DNA of 64,000 nucleotides from Gordius albopunctatus. Its lineage: Eukaryota. This document shows positions 1 through 12,817 of this stretch, piece after piece. Where the stretch lies: positions 11,842,001 through 11,906,000 of the forward strand of contig OZ193909.1 of the NCBI GenBank assembly GCA_964276515.1. Direction: 5' to 3'. Position numbers and translations under genes: made by a program. Each line of letters starts with the position of its first letter. Position 1 is the first letter of the stretch. The notes under the pieces are model-generated. The model had not been told where the DNA came from. It saw nothing but the letters and a program-made list of their open reading frames with translations, and did not search any database.

Positions 1-82
1 ATCTTGGACAAAAAATGATGGACAACAATAGAATCCAATCAATATTCTATCATGGACATTTTTCCTATTTCGATATTGTCCC
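1..82 (+). CDS. HS2ST1: Heparan sulfate 2-O-sulfotransferase, internal exon (gene starts upstream of window)
   Basis: Frame 3 reads LGQKMMDNNRIQSIFYHGHFSYFDIV, with the FYHGH motif of HS2ST. GTAAGT donor at 83. The phase-2 end (cc) joins in frame to the exon at 17785. Confidence 0.8.
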
Positions 83-189
83 GTAAGTATACTCATTTCA
101 ATACTATTATTATTTTTCAAAAAATTTAAAGATTAAGATTTTTTATAACTCTTTACACTTCATTTATAATGCACAAAAAACATTTTTTA

Positions 190-1144
190 AAAGTATAAAT
201 ATATAATAAATTGAAACTACCCTCCCGATTCGCGCGAAACTTTACCCGTAGGTTCCCAGGGCGGCCAGGGGTAAAATAGCTTTTTCCGATTCCTAAAATT
301 CCTTTTAGTTTTAAAAATATCGGACATTTTCCGGTTTTATACGTTTTTACGTTTAATAAAATGTAAATCAAACGCAACCTCATGACGTACTGCGTATCTA
401 TCGTGTTCTTTGAAGGTTTGAATATACAGTTCTTTAATAAAAGTGTGTATCACTTATAGTATTTTATTTTTTAGACCGTCATCCGTGTAGGTAGTGTAGT
501 GTAATAAATGTAGGCATGTGCTGCGGAAAATGGAAACATTTTACGATTTTAAATATTAAATCAAAGTCATTTTTTGCTTATTTTTCACGTCAATTATTAT
601 TATAGGAAGGTCGTGTCCCCTCCTGCGTGGCTAAATAAATTAAAAAATCTAATTTTATCATTTTTTGTACGTTAAATAAGGAGAAAAATGAAAATACTTT
701 TAACAAAGTGCCAATAAATGTTGATATATCTCAGTTCTTCGGACATTATTAAGTTCAGAATTAAAAGTTTTATTCAGAAACAAATAATTATAATTATGGT
801 ATTGTTTCTTAATTACAAAAAATTGCTTGAAGGGCCAGGGGGCCAAAGAATTTTCCCTTGGGGGGGGGAGGGCATGCGGCCAGGTTTTCTCTCTTGGGTG
901 AGCCTGGGGCTTGGACCCTCTTTAACTATTTGTTTAAATTTTTTTGCATAATAAACACTTACCAATTCTATTTGATATATTCATAATCTATTATACGGAA
1001 ATAGAGCAATAGAAGTAGAACATATAGACATCAAACTTTCTTTTTACTGCAATAACCGCTTTATCATCATATATGCCCTAAAATTCCAACATAATTTAAT
1101 ACACCCGGGTAAATGGCAAAACAACGTTTGCCGGGTTCATCTAG
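190..1144 (+). mobile_element. Non-autonomous Helitron
   Basis: 3' hairpin ggcaaa-acaacg-tttgcc followed by CTAG|T at 1141-1145. The 5' part (gaaactacc...gtaggttccc..ggcggccaggggtaaaatagc) is shared with the Helitron at 37970-39082. The 5' boundary is approximate. Confidence 0.7.
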
Positions 1145-2209
1145 TATATAATAAATTTTGAAACAATATTGTAAAATAAATATACAAGACAGTTTTTTCC
1201 AAATAGGGGATCCAACCAAGATTATTGTTCTTATAATTTTTTCCGATTTTCCATTTTACACAACTCGACTGGTCCCAAAATACACCATAGTAGTAACTTT
1301 TTTAAATAGAAAGAAAAAAATACGTTTCAAACAATTTATAATTATTAGTTTAATAATTTGATTTAGATAACGATATTCTCACCGATTTTATTGTTTCTCG
1401 AGTAGTATTAACACTCGCATTTTCAAGGGATCTAAAGTAAGTTTAAATAAGCATGTTAAACCTTTAGAAAATTTAATTTGTTATCTATCGTTATTACTAT
1501 AAGATTAAAAAAAGAAGGGTATATTAAAAGTTTATCATTATTATTTCAAGAGTTATTATTATTATTTCATTATTAATAATTTTATTAAATCACAATTATT
1601 GTGTTACTTGGAGCCTTACCTTAAAGGTCCATTTATGTGTTTTCATTTTGTTACTTCCGAATTTATCCTTTATTTATGTATAATAATGCCCAAGAATCCG
1701 CGCGAATTAACAGCGAAGAAAATTATATATATTTCAAACAAAAGAATATGAATATTAATTCTAACAAAGAAATATATGCGGATTGATATCTATCATGTGA
1801 TGTATTACTACGCGTTTACAAATAAATACGAATCTGGTGCAAAATCTAATATGTGCAAAATCTAATAATGTAATATTCGCATTTTAGAAATTGAGACCGG
1901 TTTTCAAGCATATTCATAAGCATGTAATATGTACTAAAAAACTACTTAATAAAAGGATACTATAATTGTTAATTGAAACAAAATAAGTTATATCAAAATG
2001 TATAATACTATTTTATAAATAAATACATATTATCAAATAAATCACTAAATCTAACCCTAACCCTTGCCTATATTAGATTTTGCACATATTCGATTTTGCA
2101 CAGAAGTAGTGGTGGGAAAACGCTTAGCACTAGCGCGCTTAGCACCTCCCCGCTGATGGGAATAGCCTATTAAATACGCTATGTCTACTAGCACATAGTC
2201 ACTTTAAGT

Positions 2210-2611
2210 GCTATAAGCTATAGGAGATGGGAGGTTTGAGGTGCTAGAGCTATAGGAGATGGGAGGTTTGAGGTGCTATGAGCTATAGGAGATGGGAGGT
2301 ATGAGGTGCTATGTGCTATAGGAGATGGGAGGTTTGAGGTGCTATGAGCTATAGGAGATGGGAGTTTGAGGTGCTATGTGCTATAGGAGATGGGAGGTTT
2401 GAGGTGCTATGTGCTATAGGAGATGGGAGTTTGAGGTGCTATGTGCTATAGGAGATGGGAGGTTTGAGGTGCTATGTGCTATAGGAGATGGGAGTTTGAG
2501 GTGCTATGTGCTATAGGAGATGGGAGTTTGAGGTGCTATGTGCTATAGGAGATGGGAGTTTGAGGTGCTATGTGCTATAGGAGATGGGAGTTTGAGGTGC
2601 TATGTGCTATA
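2210..2611 (+). repeat. Tandem minisatellite, 30-31 bp unit (tgctataggagatgggag(g)tttgaggtgctatg), about 13 copies
   Basis: Directly visible; no unique spacers. Confidence 0.95.
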
Positions 2612-4045
2612 GCCGATTGCACTTAAATGCGCTACTCCTATAGCACCGGCGCTAACACTGGGAATAATTTTTTTAATTGTTTATTTTGTTTTTATTAAAT
2701 ATTAAAATACATCTGAATATAATTTTTTTGCCCTATCTTACCATCTAACTACGACTTATTTTAATATAAATATTTAATTAAATGTATGACTTTAATTTTA
2801 TTTTGCATTGCTTCTACATTTATTTTATCAATAAGTCGCCCCGCCCCCCTCTGAATGACGGAAAAAAAAATTTTTCCAATGTAAAAAAACCGTTACAAAT
2901 TAATAATTTTTTTTATTTAGCCCCTCCCTAATTCAAGTGAACTTTTATGCGTTTGCGTACTCAGACTCAGACAGTCTAAGTCTGAGCTGAGTCATAATTA
3001 CCAAGAAAAGGTCACGGTTATCTCCAACTTCCTTAAACCAAATGCTATGCATGAATAGCTGGAAAGGAATCTACGTCAATAATTAACAAAATATTTGCCT
3101 GTTTTATTATATTTATCAATATAACTAATATATATATAATGCGAAATGGTCGAAAATAAAGTTATCGTAGTTTGTGATTTTTAACGAGTGTGTTTTCATA
3201 TAGACGTTGATAAAGATATCTCACTTGGGAAATCTTTTATTATATTTCCAAAATGTAACATAAAATAAGTACTTTAACCGGCTGATATAAAACACATTGG
3301 AAATATTACACTTAAAGATTAAATTTGTTATTTAAGTCGGATTTATATTGGTTATTAATTAGTGACCAACCATAACCTTTTTTAAATATTCTTAACATAA
3401 GTTTTATGTTGAGGTGACCGGGGCTAGTCGTAGCCAGGTTAATAATTATTTATCATAAAATTAATATTTTTATGTTGAGTTGAAGAAAAGGATAAAGATA
3501 TTAAAGATGAGAGGGAAAAATTAATTTTCTTTTTATCACTGACTGAATAAAAATAACATGCCATGAGTGAGTATGCGTACTCAGACTCTGAGATCTGAGT
3601 ACGCATTAAAGTTCACTCTTCTTACTCTTAGGTTTTCCTTTTGATTGAAACATAATCGCCCTGATGGGATATGGATTAACTTAAGGGAAGGGGGAGTTTA
3701 ATTTTTTTATTCTCAAAAACATGGGGTAGGGTAGGGCATAACTAGGTTTTGAATTAACCCCCCCCCCCTCCCCGATTGGAAAAAAGAATTTTTTTAAATA
3801 TTAAACATTTTGTTTAAAATTTATAATTTAAAATACTTAGCATAAATTACTTAGCAATTTGTAATTATTTACCTAGCAGTTAAATAACACCCTTTTTTAA
3901 TTTTGTTTTTTCGAAAAATATATTTTTATTGGAAAATTGTTTATTAGATTACACACAAGTTCATATTAACTCTATTGTTTTCATTGAAATTATTCCCAGT
4001 GTTAGCGCCGGTGCTATAGGAGTAGCGCATTTAAGTGCAATCGGC

Positions 4046-4443
4046 TATAGCACATAGCACCTCAAACTCCCATCTCCTATAGCACATAGCACCTCAAACT
4101 CCCATCTCCTATAGCACCTCAAACCTCCCATCTCCTATAGCACATAGCACCTCAAACTCCCATCTCCTATAGCACATAGCACCTCAAACTCCCATCTCCT
4201 ATAGCACATAGCACCTCAAACCTCCCATCTCCTATAGCACATAGCACCTCAAACTCCCATCTCCTATAGCACATAGCACCTCAAACCTCCCATCTCCTAT
4301 AGCACATAGCACCTCATACCTCCCATCTCCTATAGCACATAGCACCTCAAACTCCCATCTCCTATAGCTTATAGCACCTCAAACCTCCCATCTCCTATAG
4401 CTTATAGCACCTCAAACCTCCCATCTCCTATAGCTTATAGCAC
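4046..4443 (-). repeat. Inverted copy of the 30-31 bp minisatellite array
   Basis: catagcacctcaaa(c)ctcccatctcctatagca units, the reverse complement of 2210-2611. Confidence 0.95.
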
Positions 4444-5455
4444 TTAAAGTGACTATGTGCTATAGCTTTAGCTCCTTAAAAACGCTATTTCCCCATCACT
4501 ACACAGAAGTGATAAATACGAGCTAAATAATGATGGGAATACTCGTATTAGAATCTCACTATAATATATCGCGCAGAGAGCAATAGGGGGAGAGGGACTA
4601 CGCGTATACATTAAGATGCGTATACTTTAATAAATAAGAGAGAGATGATGAGGGGGGGTTGTGTGTGTGTGTGTGTGTTCACAGAATAAATGCCCTGTAC
4701 GCTCCTTCAAGCATAATTGCCTTGCCCGCGCAGCTGGTCTTGCTACGCGTAATTAATCGTGGAGATAGATGAGGGTGGAGGGAAGGAAATACTCGTGCAG
4801 TAAGACTACAACAATTACCATCTTCCTCATTTGTTTTAGAATTTGAAATAGTTTTAGAGAAATTTATAAGAATTAAATTTGCTTTCATTTTTAAACACGG
4901 GACTGTTTTTTATACTAATATTCATAGAATTCGTAGTTTTTCATCTAAGATTTTATATCTCTTATATATTATGGTATTAATCATTTCTGTCACCGCACCA
5001 CAATTTTTCCATATAACTCAGAAATAAATGTAAGAATTTTCAGCCGCCCCCCCCCCCTCCCCATTTGTCTATGCCACTGATAGGTATAATGCCCAACGAG
5101 TGAGGGGATATCACACGACATTCTTAATATTAAATAAATAGAGTTTATGATTAAATAAATACCTGACTAAAGGTTTGGTCAAGATTCGAAAATTCAATTC
5201 CGATTTATTTTATAAAGATCTTAATCAGATACCTGGAACAGCATGAGAATTTTAATCAAAACTTCACAAGTGTGGAAGTCTTTGGTAAAGTGTCCATAAA
5301 AGTAATTTTGAAATTTTGTAGGGGAAAGAAAGCGCTGGGAGGAACGTATTGATAATATACATAAGAATTTAAGTATTATAATTAATGTAAAAAGTAAGTT
5401 AAGGACAACGAGCGTTTTGATCAAAAGCTAGTGATCGTGAAGGATTAACCCTTAG

Positions 5456-5603
5456 CATGCGCATAGCAAGGGGGGGCCTCCCCCTTCTAAATGCAAAAAT
5501 TTGTTAAAATATATTTAAATTATGGCTAAAATTTTAAAAAATGTTCATTTTGCCCCTCCCTAAATCATGCCCCCCTCTAATTCCAATGCTGGCTACGCCC
5601 ATG
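5456..5603. mobile_element. MITE of about 150-170 bp, CATGGGCGTAGCC family (8-bp TSD)
   Basis: TIR catg(g/c)gc.tagc ... gctacgcccatg; TSD acccttag. Other copies at 9628-9785, 25533-25701, 33466-33631 (TSD gcaaaata) and 33927-34090. Confidence 0.85.
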
Positions 5604-5934
5604 ACCCTTAGTACGTAATTACAATATATTTAGTACAATGGACTTTAAGAAGTACCATGGGCAATGATATTATAAAGATAAACATGGCATATACCGTTGC
5701 TAAATGCAATAGAAAATAGTCGCCTAATGATAAATTAAACTATAATTTGCATAGGCGTAGCCAGGATTGCCTCAAGGGGGTGGGTTCAAAAAATTTATAA
5801 ATAATACTTAAGGCCCTGCACGGGCAGTCCGATGTCGGGCCAAGCTCAGGCCAAAAATTAAATTTTAATCGGGCTCGGGTCGGGCCTGATGAATCGTGGC
5901 GAATAAATTTAAAGCCGTATTTTATGAATCCAGG

Positions 5935-8480
5935 TAAGCTTGGGTCTTCCTCTCTTTCGTTTTCCTGCGAAATTTATCATTTCGATTTTCTTTCCTACGT
6001 AGCTATCGTCCCTTCTTTCGACATGGCCATACTATCTTAGTCTATTTGTTAAGAGCTTTGTCGCAATTGATGTAGTACCCAAAATTCTTCTTATTTCTTC
6101 ATTTCGCCTATGGTCCTTTTTGCTTACTCCTAGCACCCATCTTAGCTTTCTCATCTCCATGGTCGCAAGACGTTGCTCGTCTCTTTTACGTATAGCCCAT
6201 GATTCCGAGCTATACAGGACTGTTGGCTGTATGATGGATTTATACAGTGCGCCTTTCAGTCTTCTCGAGATGTTTTTGTCGCACAGAACACCTGTCAAGT
6301 CCCTCCACTTGAGCCATCCGGAATTTATCCTTGCTTGGATTTCTTTATCCATTCCACCATCCGATTGAAGTGCTGATCCTAAATATTTGAAGGAATCTAC
6401 ACTTGTAAGTTGCCAATCGCCTAAAATAAGGGTTGCACTTTGCTGGCTTTCATCCGATTTAAACTTTGTCTTCATGTATTCTGTTTTCATTCGATTTACC
6501 TTGAGACCACTTTCTTTTATTGCATTTACCCATCTATTTAGAGTATTAGCCAATTCTTGTTCACTTTTGGCACAGAGGATTATATCGTCTGCAAAGATCA
6601 TTGCCCAAGGAGCTTCCTCGCCCAAATCCTTGGTAATATTATCCATTATCATTATGAATAGGAAGGGACTAAGAGCTGAACCTTGATGGACTCCAGTATT
6701 AATGGCAAACTAAATTATGAGGAACTTTATCGAACGCTTTTTCTAGATCGATGAAACACATGTGCAAATCCTCTTCCCTTTCTTTAAACCGTTCCATTAA
6801 TCTTCTAACACTGTTTAGAGCGTCTGCTGTAGACCTCTCAGGCATAAATCCGAATTGGTTATCCCGAATTTGAACCATACTCCGAAGCCGTTTTTTGATC
6901 ACTTTTTCCCACACCTTGAAAGTGTGACTCATAAGCTTTATCCCTCTGTAATTGTTGCAATCCTGAATGTCCCCTTTCATCTTGTATATCGGGATCATGT
7001 AGCTATCCCTCCACTCGTCAGGCATTTTACCCGTTTTCAAGATATTGTTGAAAAGGTTGGCGAGGAATTGTGCACCAGTATTGCGTAACGCTTTGAAGCC
7101 CTCTATTGGTATATTGTCGGGTCTAAGAGCTTTTCCTGACTTTAGTTTACCCATAGCAACTTTCACTTTCGTTTCCGTGATCCAGTCCGCTGTGTTTAAT
7201 TCTCCTATTGTATTTTCCTCGTTAGTGTCTTCGACTACGGGCCCCTTTTCAATTGATAAATCGCTATAATACTCGTACCATCTTTGTAGTATATGGCTGT
7301 CGTGTGTTAGTATTTCTCCCTTTTGACCCTTAATTAGCCGGCATTCTAGGTAATCTTTAGAATTTCGGGCCCTTGACTTTGCGATTTTGTAGATCAATCT
7401 TTCTCCTTCCTTTGAGTTTAGTTTTACATTTATATCGTCGTACACCTTGTTTTTAGCTTTCGCTACGAATTCTTTAGCCGATATTTTAGCTACTTGGTAA
7501 GCTTGCGGCTTGCTTTCACCTAGTATTTGTCGTCCCGCTTTTCGCATTGTGGCAGCTATACCATTCCATTGATACTCACATGAAGTATTTCCCTTAAATT
7601 AAGCATGTTTAATTACTTGTTCCTGAAAATGTTGAATATTATCCTTTAGTTTCCTCCATTGTATAGTAGCGGTTGCTCTTTGTACCTTCTGCCCTTTAAT
7701 ATAAAGTCCATCATAAACAGCTTGTGTTGGCAGGCCAATATTTCACTCGGTATTACCTTAACATTTTGAATATACTTTAAGTGCGCTCTGTTGACTAGAA
7801 AGAAATCTATCTGAGTGGTACGGCTGCAGCTTTTGTACGTTATAAGATGTTCCTGTCTCTTTTTGAAGAAGGTATTTCCTATAGCTAGGTCAAAAGCTTG
7901 AGCAATTTCTAGAATTTCCGTACCTCCTTCATTTCTTAGGCCGTAACCCCGACCACCGTGATTTCTTTCAAATCATCCCCTTGATTTGCCCACGTGTCCA
8001 TTGAGGTCCATTCCGATAATTATTAGTCCCTCTTTACCGAATTGGGATAGAACATCTTCAAGCTCCTTCCAAAAACACTCTTTTTCCGTCTGAGAGCATC
8101 CACATAACGTTTATCGTATTAGATTTATAACAAAGCTGTATCGCCATAATTCTGTCATTGATTCTCTTAGCGTTGGCGACAGTTTGCTGAAATTCTTCCG
8201 ATAGAACTATACCGATGCCATTACGGTGAGTTTCTGTACCGTAAAAATATAATTTGTATCCGTCACCTATGTATTTTGCTTTTTCGCCCTTCCATTTGGT
8301 CTCTTGTATACAAGCGATATCGATTTTTCTCCTCCTTAGAACGTCTGCCAATTCTCTGCTCTTGCTAGTCATTGTACCAATATTCCATGTAGCCTTCGTT
8401 TATTTCCCACACATTCCAGGCGAAGAATGCGCGCGTCACTTAAAGGGGACGCCCTATGGTTTTCATTCTGCGTCTTTGTT
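5935..8480 (-). mobile_element. Degenerate RTE-clade LINE (APE + RT, fragmented ORFs 8058-8372, 6699-7547, 6032-6652)
   Basis: IACIQETKWKG (APE), NYRGIKL, FIDLEKAFD and FADD motifs. Stops, frameshifts and deletions lie between the fragments. Confidence 0.93.
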
Positions 8481-9863
8481 GTAGTATACATTTTGGTTTA
8501 TATGGAATGAGGGAGTATTGATATCCCGGCCTTCCAAGTTTTGGTGCTTGACTTCCTACTATTCTTTATGATGCAGTCATTTTGGTGAATTAAACTTTTC
8601 TTTAGACCACTCGTATTGATAGGCTTAATCTAGCACTTTAATTTCACAAAATACTCCCTTCAAAAGCCCAGATATTTTAGTCTGACCCTTCACCAAGAAC
8701 TTTGATAATAGGGTGACCCCACCAGTAAAAAACATAAAAATTGTGTTTGGCTACCAAAGGTATAGCTTCTTGGATCACGAGAGTACAATAGATGAAACTT
8801 TAATCTACATGAATATATTACTATTTTTCACTAAATATTAAAAATGCAATGGGAATTTATCCTTAAAAAAGCTTAAAAAGGGCACTTTTGGAACTTTCAA
8901 CCTCATATATCTTAAAAACTGGTAATCGTAGAAAAAAACTAAAACATATTCTTTTTCATCGCAAAATTCTCTATCAGAATTATTGGCCAGATTGCGGGAT
9001 GTTTTTTTGTAGACTTGTATTTGTATATTATACCACAATTTTTATAAACAAGGAACTAATGTAAGTTTAAATAACCATGTAAAATACTTAGAAAAATAAA
9101 ATTTTTAAATGCCTTTATAACTAAAATTTGGCTTGTATCAGCATCTTTCTCGTTAATTTTAGAGGTTGGGATAGTTTATTAGAGAAATAATTAAGAATTA
9201 AATTTCTTCTTGCTAGAAAAAACGCACTTGTGACAGGAAATTTTTGTATAAATAATGTTAGAATTAGTAGATTTCATTTAAAATTAAATATCAAATTAAT
9301 TGAGATAATTTATTATTTTTATATGCGCAACACTAACAAGTCTCTTATTAATATCATTGAATTTTTTTTATCATTTAAAAAAAATCAATTTTTTTGACCA
9401 TGGGGGGGGGGGGGGTTCAAACACGAAACCTCCCCCCCCCCTGCCTACGCTACTGAATTTGTATCAACCTAGGGTTTAAATGGATCTTGCAGATGGCATC
9501 GCCTACAATAAAAATGGAAACACGATAATGCAATAATTAGGTTTACTCTTCCAAGGGTGAAAAGAATAAAAATATCCAAACCTGAACATTTATGGGAAGC
9601 TAAAACGGAGCGATTTAAGGGTGTCTTCATGGGTGTAGCCAGGATTGAAATTAGAGGGAAGGGGGGCAATAATGCTTTAAGTAGGGGAAAAATAACAAAT
9701 CTTTTAAATTTTAACCTTAATTTAATATTTTTGGGATTTAGAGGGGGCAGTTGCTCCTCCCTACCACCCCCTGGCTATGCCCATGTGTGTCGTGATCAAT
9801 AAGATAACAAAACGAAGATATACTGTAAGGTCAAACACGCCATTTTTACGGACCCTCTATTAA

Positions 9864-10661
9864 CCCTCCAATGTACTTATAGAAATGCCAACCCTGAAGT
9901 GACTTATGGGGTTTATAAAACCCCATTCTTAAAATGATCATAATTTTAAAACCATTAGAGTAACACTTCTCACATTTTAAATATAAGTTTATTAAAGCCT
10001 CTTATAGGTTTTTAAAAAAAATAATTTAATTATAAATAGTAATTCTAAAATTATATGCAATTTATCAAACACAAAGAAAATGAATAAAAATAAAAATGAC
10101 ATGTTTTACTTTTGTAATGGAGACCAAAAAGTTAGTAGAAATATAAAAAGCAAATGTTTTTTTATTAAAAGAAGGTTTGAATAATATAAAAAACATGCAT
10201 TCATGATAAAATCATTATGCAGTAAAAAAATAGAAGACTCTAAAAAATGGTCATTTTTTTCGCATTTTTCGCTGCAATTTTAGCAAAATATTATAGTGTG
10301 ATCACACAAACAGGGTTTTACACCTATTGCACGAAAATCTTGTTTTCTATAAACAAATATAACTAGTGATATTGATCCAAATGTTATACACATGCTTAAA
10401 TTACTATTTTTAAGTTAAAAAAAATTTTTTTTTGATAAAAAATAAAAAAACTTTCTTAATTGACCTTATGGGGTTTATAGGACCCAAAACGCTTATATCT
10501 CCAAAAGTAGTGAGGCAAATCCTATGAAATTTTTAGGAATGTAGCTTTTGCATAATTATGAAGACTCTAATAAAACCAAATCTCTAAATCTAAAACTCTT
10601 TAAGTGGTGTTAAATTATGACTTTCGTGGTGTTTCTTAGACCCCATAAGTACATTGGAGGG
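9864..10661. mobile_element. piggyBac-type MITE
   Basis: TTAA|CCCTCCAATGTACTTAT ... ATAAGTACATTGGAGGG|TTAA. Subterminal cttatggggtttata repeats. Confidence 0.88.
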
Positions 10662-10901
10662 TTAAATGAGCGAAAAACTAATTGATGAATACTTGAGTTG
10701 AGAAACAACGATCCCCTTGCAAGAAAAAAATCTAAGTTTTAATGCTGCATTTAGAATCCTTATACTGACAGAAGTGCCGTTTGCTGGAGTGTTATTTGCG
10801 ATACAATTTGTATCTATATGAACCATCCTTTGTCCAAGAGGATACCTTTGGGCGAGTAAAAACATTTTTATGCAGATTATCAATTTAAAGGTGAGGTGAA
10901 G

Positions 10902-12750
10902 CAGAGATCTGCAACGGGCCGTTTTTAGAAGGTCCGCCCGCCCGTACCAGTTTTTAAAACTTCAAGGTCCGTCCAAGCCCGCCCGTAATTTTTTTTTCAA
11001 CACCTCAGGCCCGTCCGAGCCCGTACGTAATTTTGCCCCGTCCAAGCCCGTCCATAAATTTTTCCGGCCTTTTCCTACCCGTTTAAAAACAGGCCCGCCA
11101 AAACCTGCACTTTTTAAAGAACCCCGCGCCCGGCCCCATCAAAACACAAAATTTTATTTTATTTGTTGACATTTTCATAAAAAAATACCAATATTATCAT
11201 GTAAAAATAATAAATCTTCAATTATTTCTGCATTTAATACCACTAAATAATTTCAATATAGTGCTAACATTAAATTTCTTTAAAATATTACATGAGAATA
11301 TTCAACTTTAAACAATTTACTTTTATTTGATAACCTAAGAAGTTAGAATTTAGTATTAACATTAAATTAAAAAACTTTATTAAAATTACATGAGTGTAAA
11401 CTTTAAATAAGAAGTTTACATTAATTTGATTATTTTGTTAAGTTTTAAGGGAAAAATAAATGAATACTTTTATTTAATAACATCGCGTTTATATACACAT
11501 CTCTGCGAGGTTATTTGTGTGTATAATAAGGTGAATTGCGAGACATTCAAATACTTAAATGTATTCACTTTTATGATTAGGGTGCGTGAATAATAATTTG
11601 AATAAGTCAGGCGATGATAAAGTATAAGCGAGGAGCTATTATTAGGGTGCGTGAATAATAATTTGCCTAGACGGGGTCAAGGGAAAGTAGCGTGCGATTA
11701 AATTCGTAGCCTCTACAACTATCATCGGGCCTTCACTCGGAGAGTTGTGGTTAGTGTAGTAGTTTATAGCGCCAATGCACGTGCCTTCCTCTCGATGTGA
11801 TGTATGGGTTTTCTTTTGATTTTGTTAGGTCTGGGTCGGAGTTAGCTGGTTCAGCGATTTTGTCGGTAGGCCTAGATTTGGATGGATTTGAATTTTCGGT
11901 ATCCGTAAACGTCTGAGTTGAAGTATCTAAATATGCAGGTTTCAGTCGCTCGATCGAAATTGAGTCAGCTTTTCCGTTTTTTTCAATAATGAAATATTTA
12001 GCATGTTTGGACTTTACTCTGAACGGTCCGTCATATGGTGGCACCAAACTTTTTCGAACGAAATCATTACGGATAAAAACGTATTTACATTCCCTAAGAA
12101 GTGAAGTTGTATCCGCATTTGTCGATTGTGTCCTGACCTTTTTAAAAGGCAAATGGTAAAAATGTTGTTTTAGGCCTTTAATAAATTCGGAGGTGTTGTG
12201 AGGTGTACTTGAGTTCGTGAAAAATTCTTTGCCTAGACGGGGTCAAGGGAAAGTAGCGTGCGATTAAATTCGTAGCCTCTACAATTTTATATCAGTTAAT
12301 GCACCTAATTTTTAGATTATAAAAAAATATTTATTAAGTTATGTGGCCCTAATAATAATCATACCAGTAAAATTTTTGATAAAATTAAACACAAAAATTT
12401 TGGTGCATTGTAACTAAAATCTTAAATTATAAAATGAAAACTATAGCAAATAGAATAAAAATGTTTCAAAGTTAAATTTAGCGCTTCAAAAAGGAATGAA
12501 TGCTACTACAGGATATACAAAATCAGAGTTTAAAAAATAAGGAAAATTAATGATCCATATAACTAATAAAAATCATATATTTATATAATTGTCTGACTTT
12601 AAAAGACCTTTGTAATTCCATGGCCATTTATATAATCTCTGGCCCGTTTATAAAACGTCAGGCCCGTTCAAACCCGTTAAAAAAATCTCAGACCCGACCG
12701 AGCCCGTTCTATTAATTGTCAAACCCGTCCGGGGTCCATGCAGATCTCTA
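10902..12750. mobile_element. Non-autonomous hAT (cagagatctgca / tgcagatctcta ends, gcccg subterminal repeats) containing a Gypsy remnant
   Basis: TSD aggtgaag / aggttaag (7 of 8 match); subterminal gcccgt/ccgagcccg motifs. Confidence 0.8.
11461..12282 (-). mobile_element. Internally deleted Gypsy remnant (integrase C-terminal GPF/Y region between LTR-like direct repeats)
   Basis: ORF 11751-12152 (VFIRND..LVPPYDGPF..SIERLKPA). A direct repeat of about 55 bp at 11662-11717 and 12229-12283 starts TG on the minus strand. Confidence 0.7.
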
Positions 12751-12817
12751 AGGTTAAGATTGAAAATTAGAAGGTAGGTTTCCCGCTGTCCCCTCTGAAA
12801 GTAGCTTTTTCGGAAGA

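Larger units (their letters stand above)
2107..4501. mobile_element. hAT-type non-autonomous foldback element with inverted minisatellite arms
   Basis: Ends tagtggtggg / cccatcacta. 8-bp TSD cacagaag (2099-2106, 4502-4509). Arms of about 550 bp are reverse complements. Confidence 0.85.
1830..4511. mobile_element. MITE of about 280 bp (gtgcaaaatctaat inverted ends), interrupted near its right end by the foldback element
   Basis: Near-identical uninterrupted copy at 40035-40316. 8-bp TSD ataaatac at 1822-1829 and 4512-4519. Confidence 0.85.

Noticed and set aside
2051..2064. ctaaccctaaccc as interstitial telomere
   Set aside because: Only two units, and it is a fixed internal part of the MITE (also at about 40259-40272).
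2210..4443. 30-31 bp repeats as a CRISPR array
   Set aside because: Units are contiguous with no unique spacers, there are no cas genes, the context is eukaryotic, and the arrays are subterminal repeats of a TSD-flanked transposon.
8484..8700. Twister motif at the 5' end of the decayed RTE
   Set aside because: No UCCCAAG loop or GUGGAGG segment is recognisable on the minus strand; this copy is truncated or too decayed.
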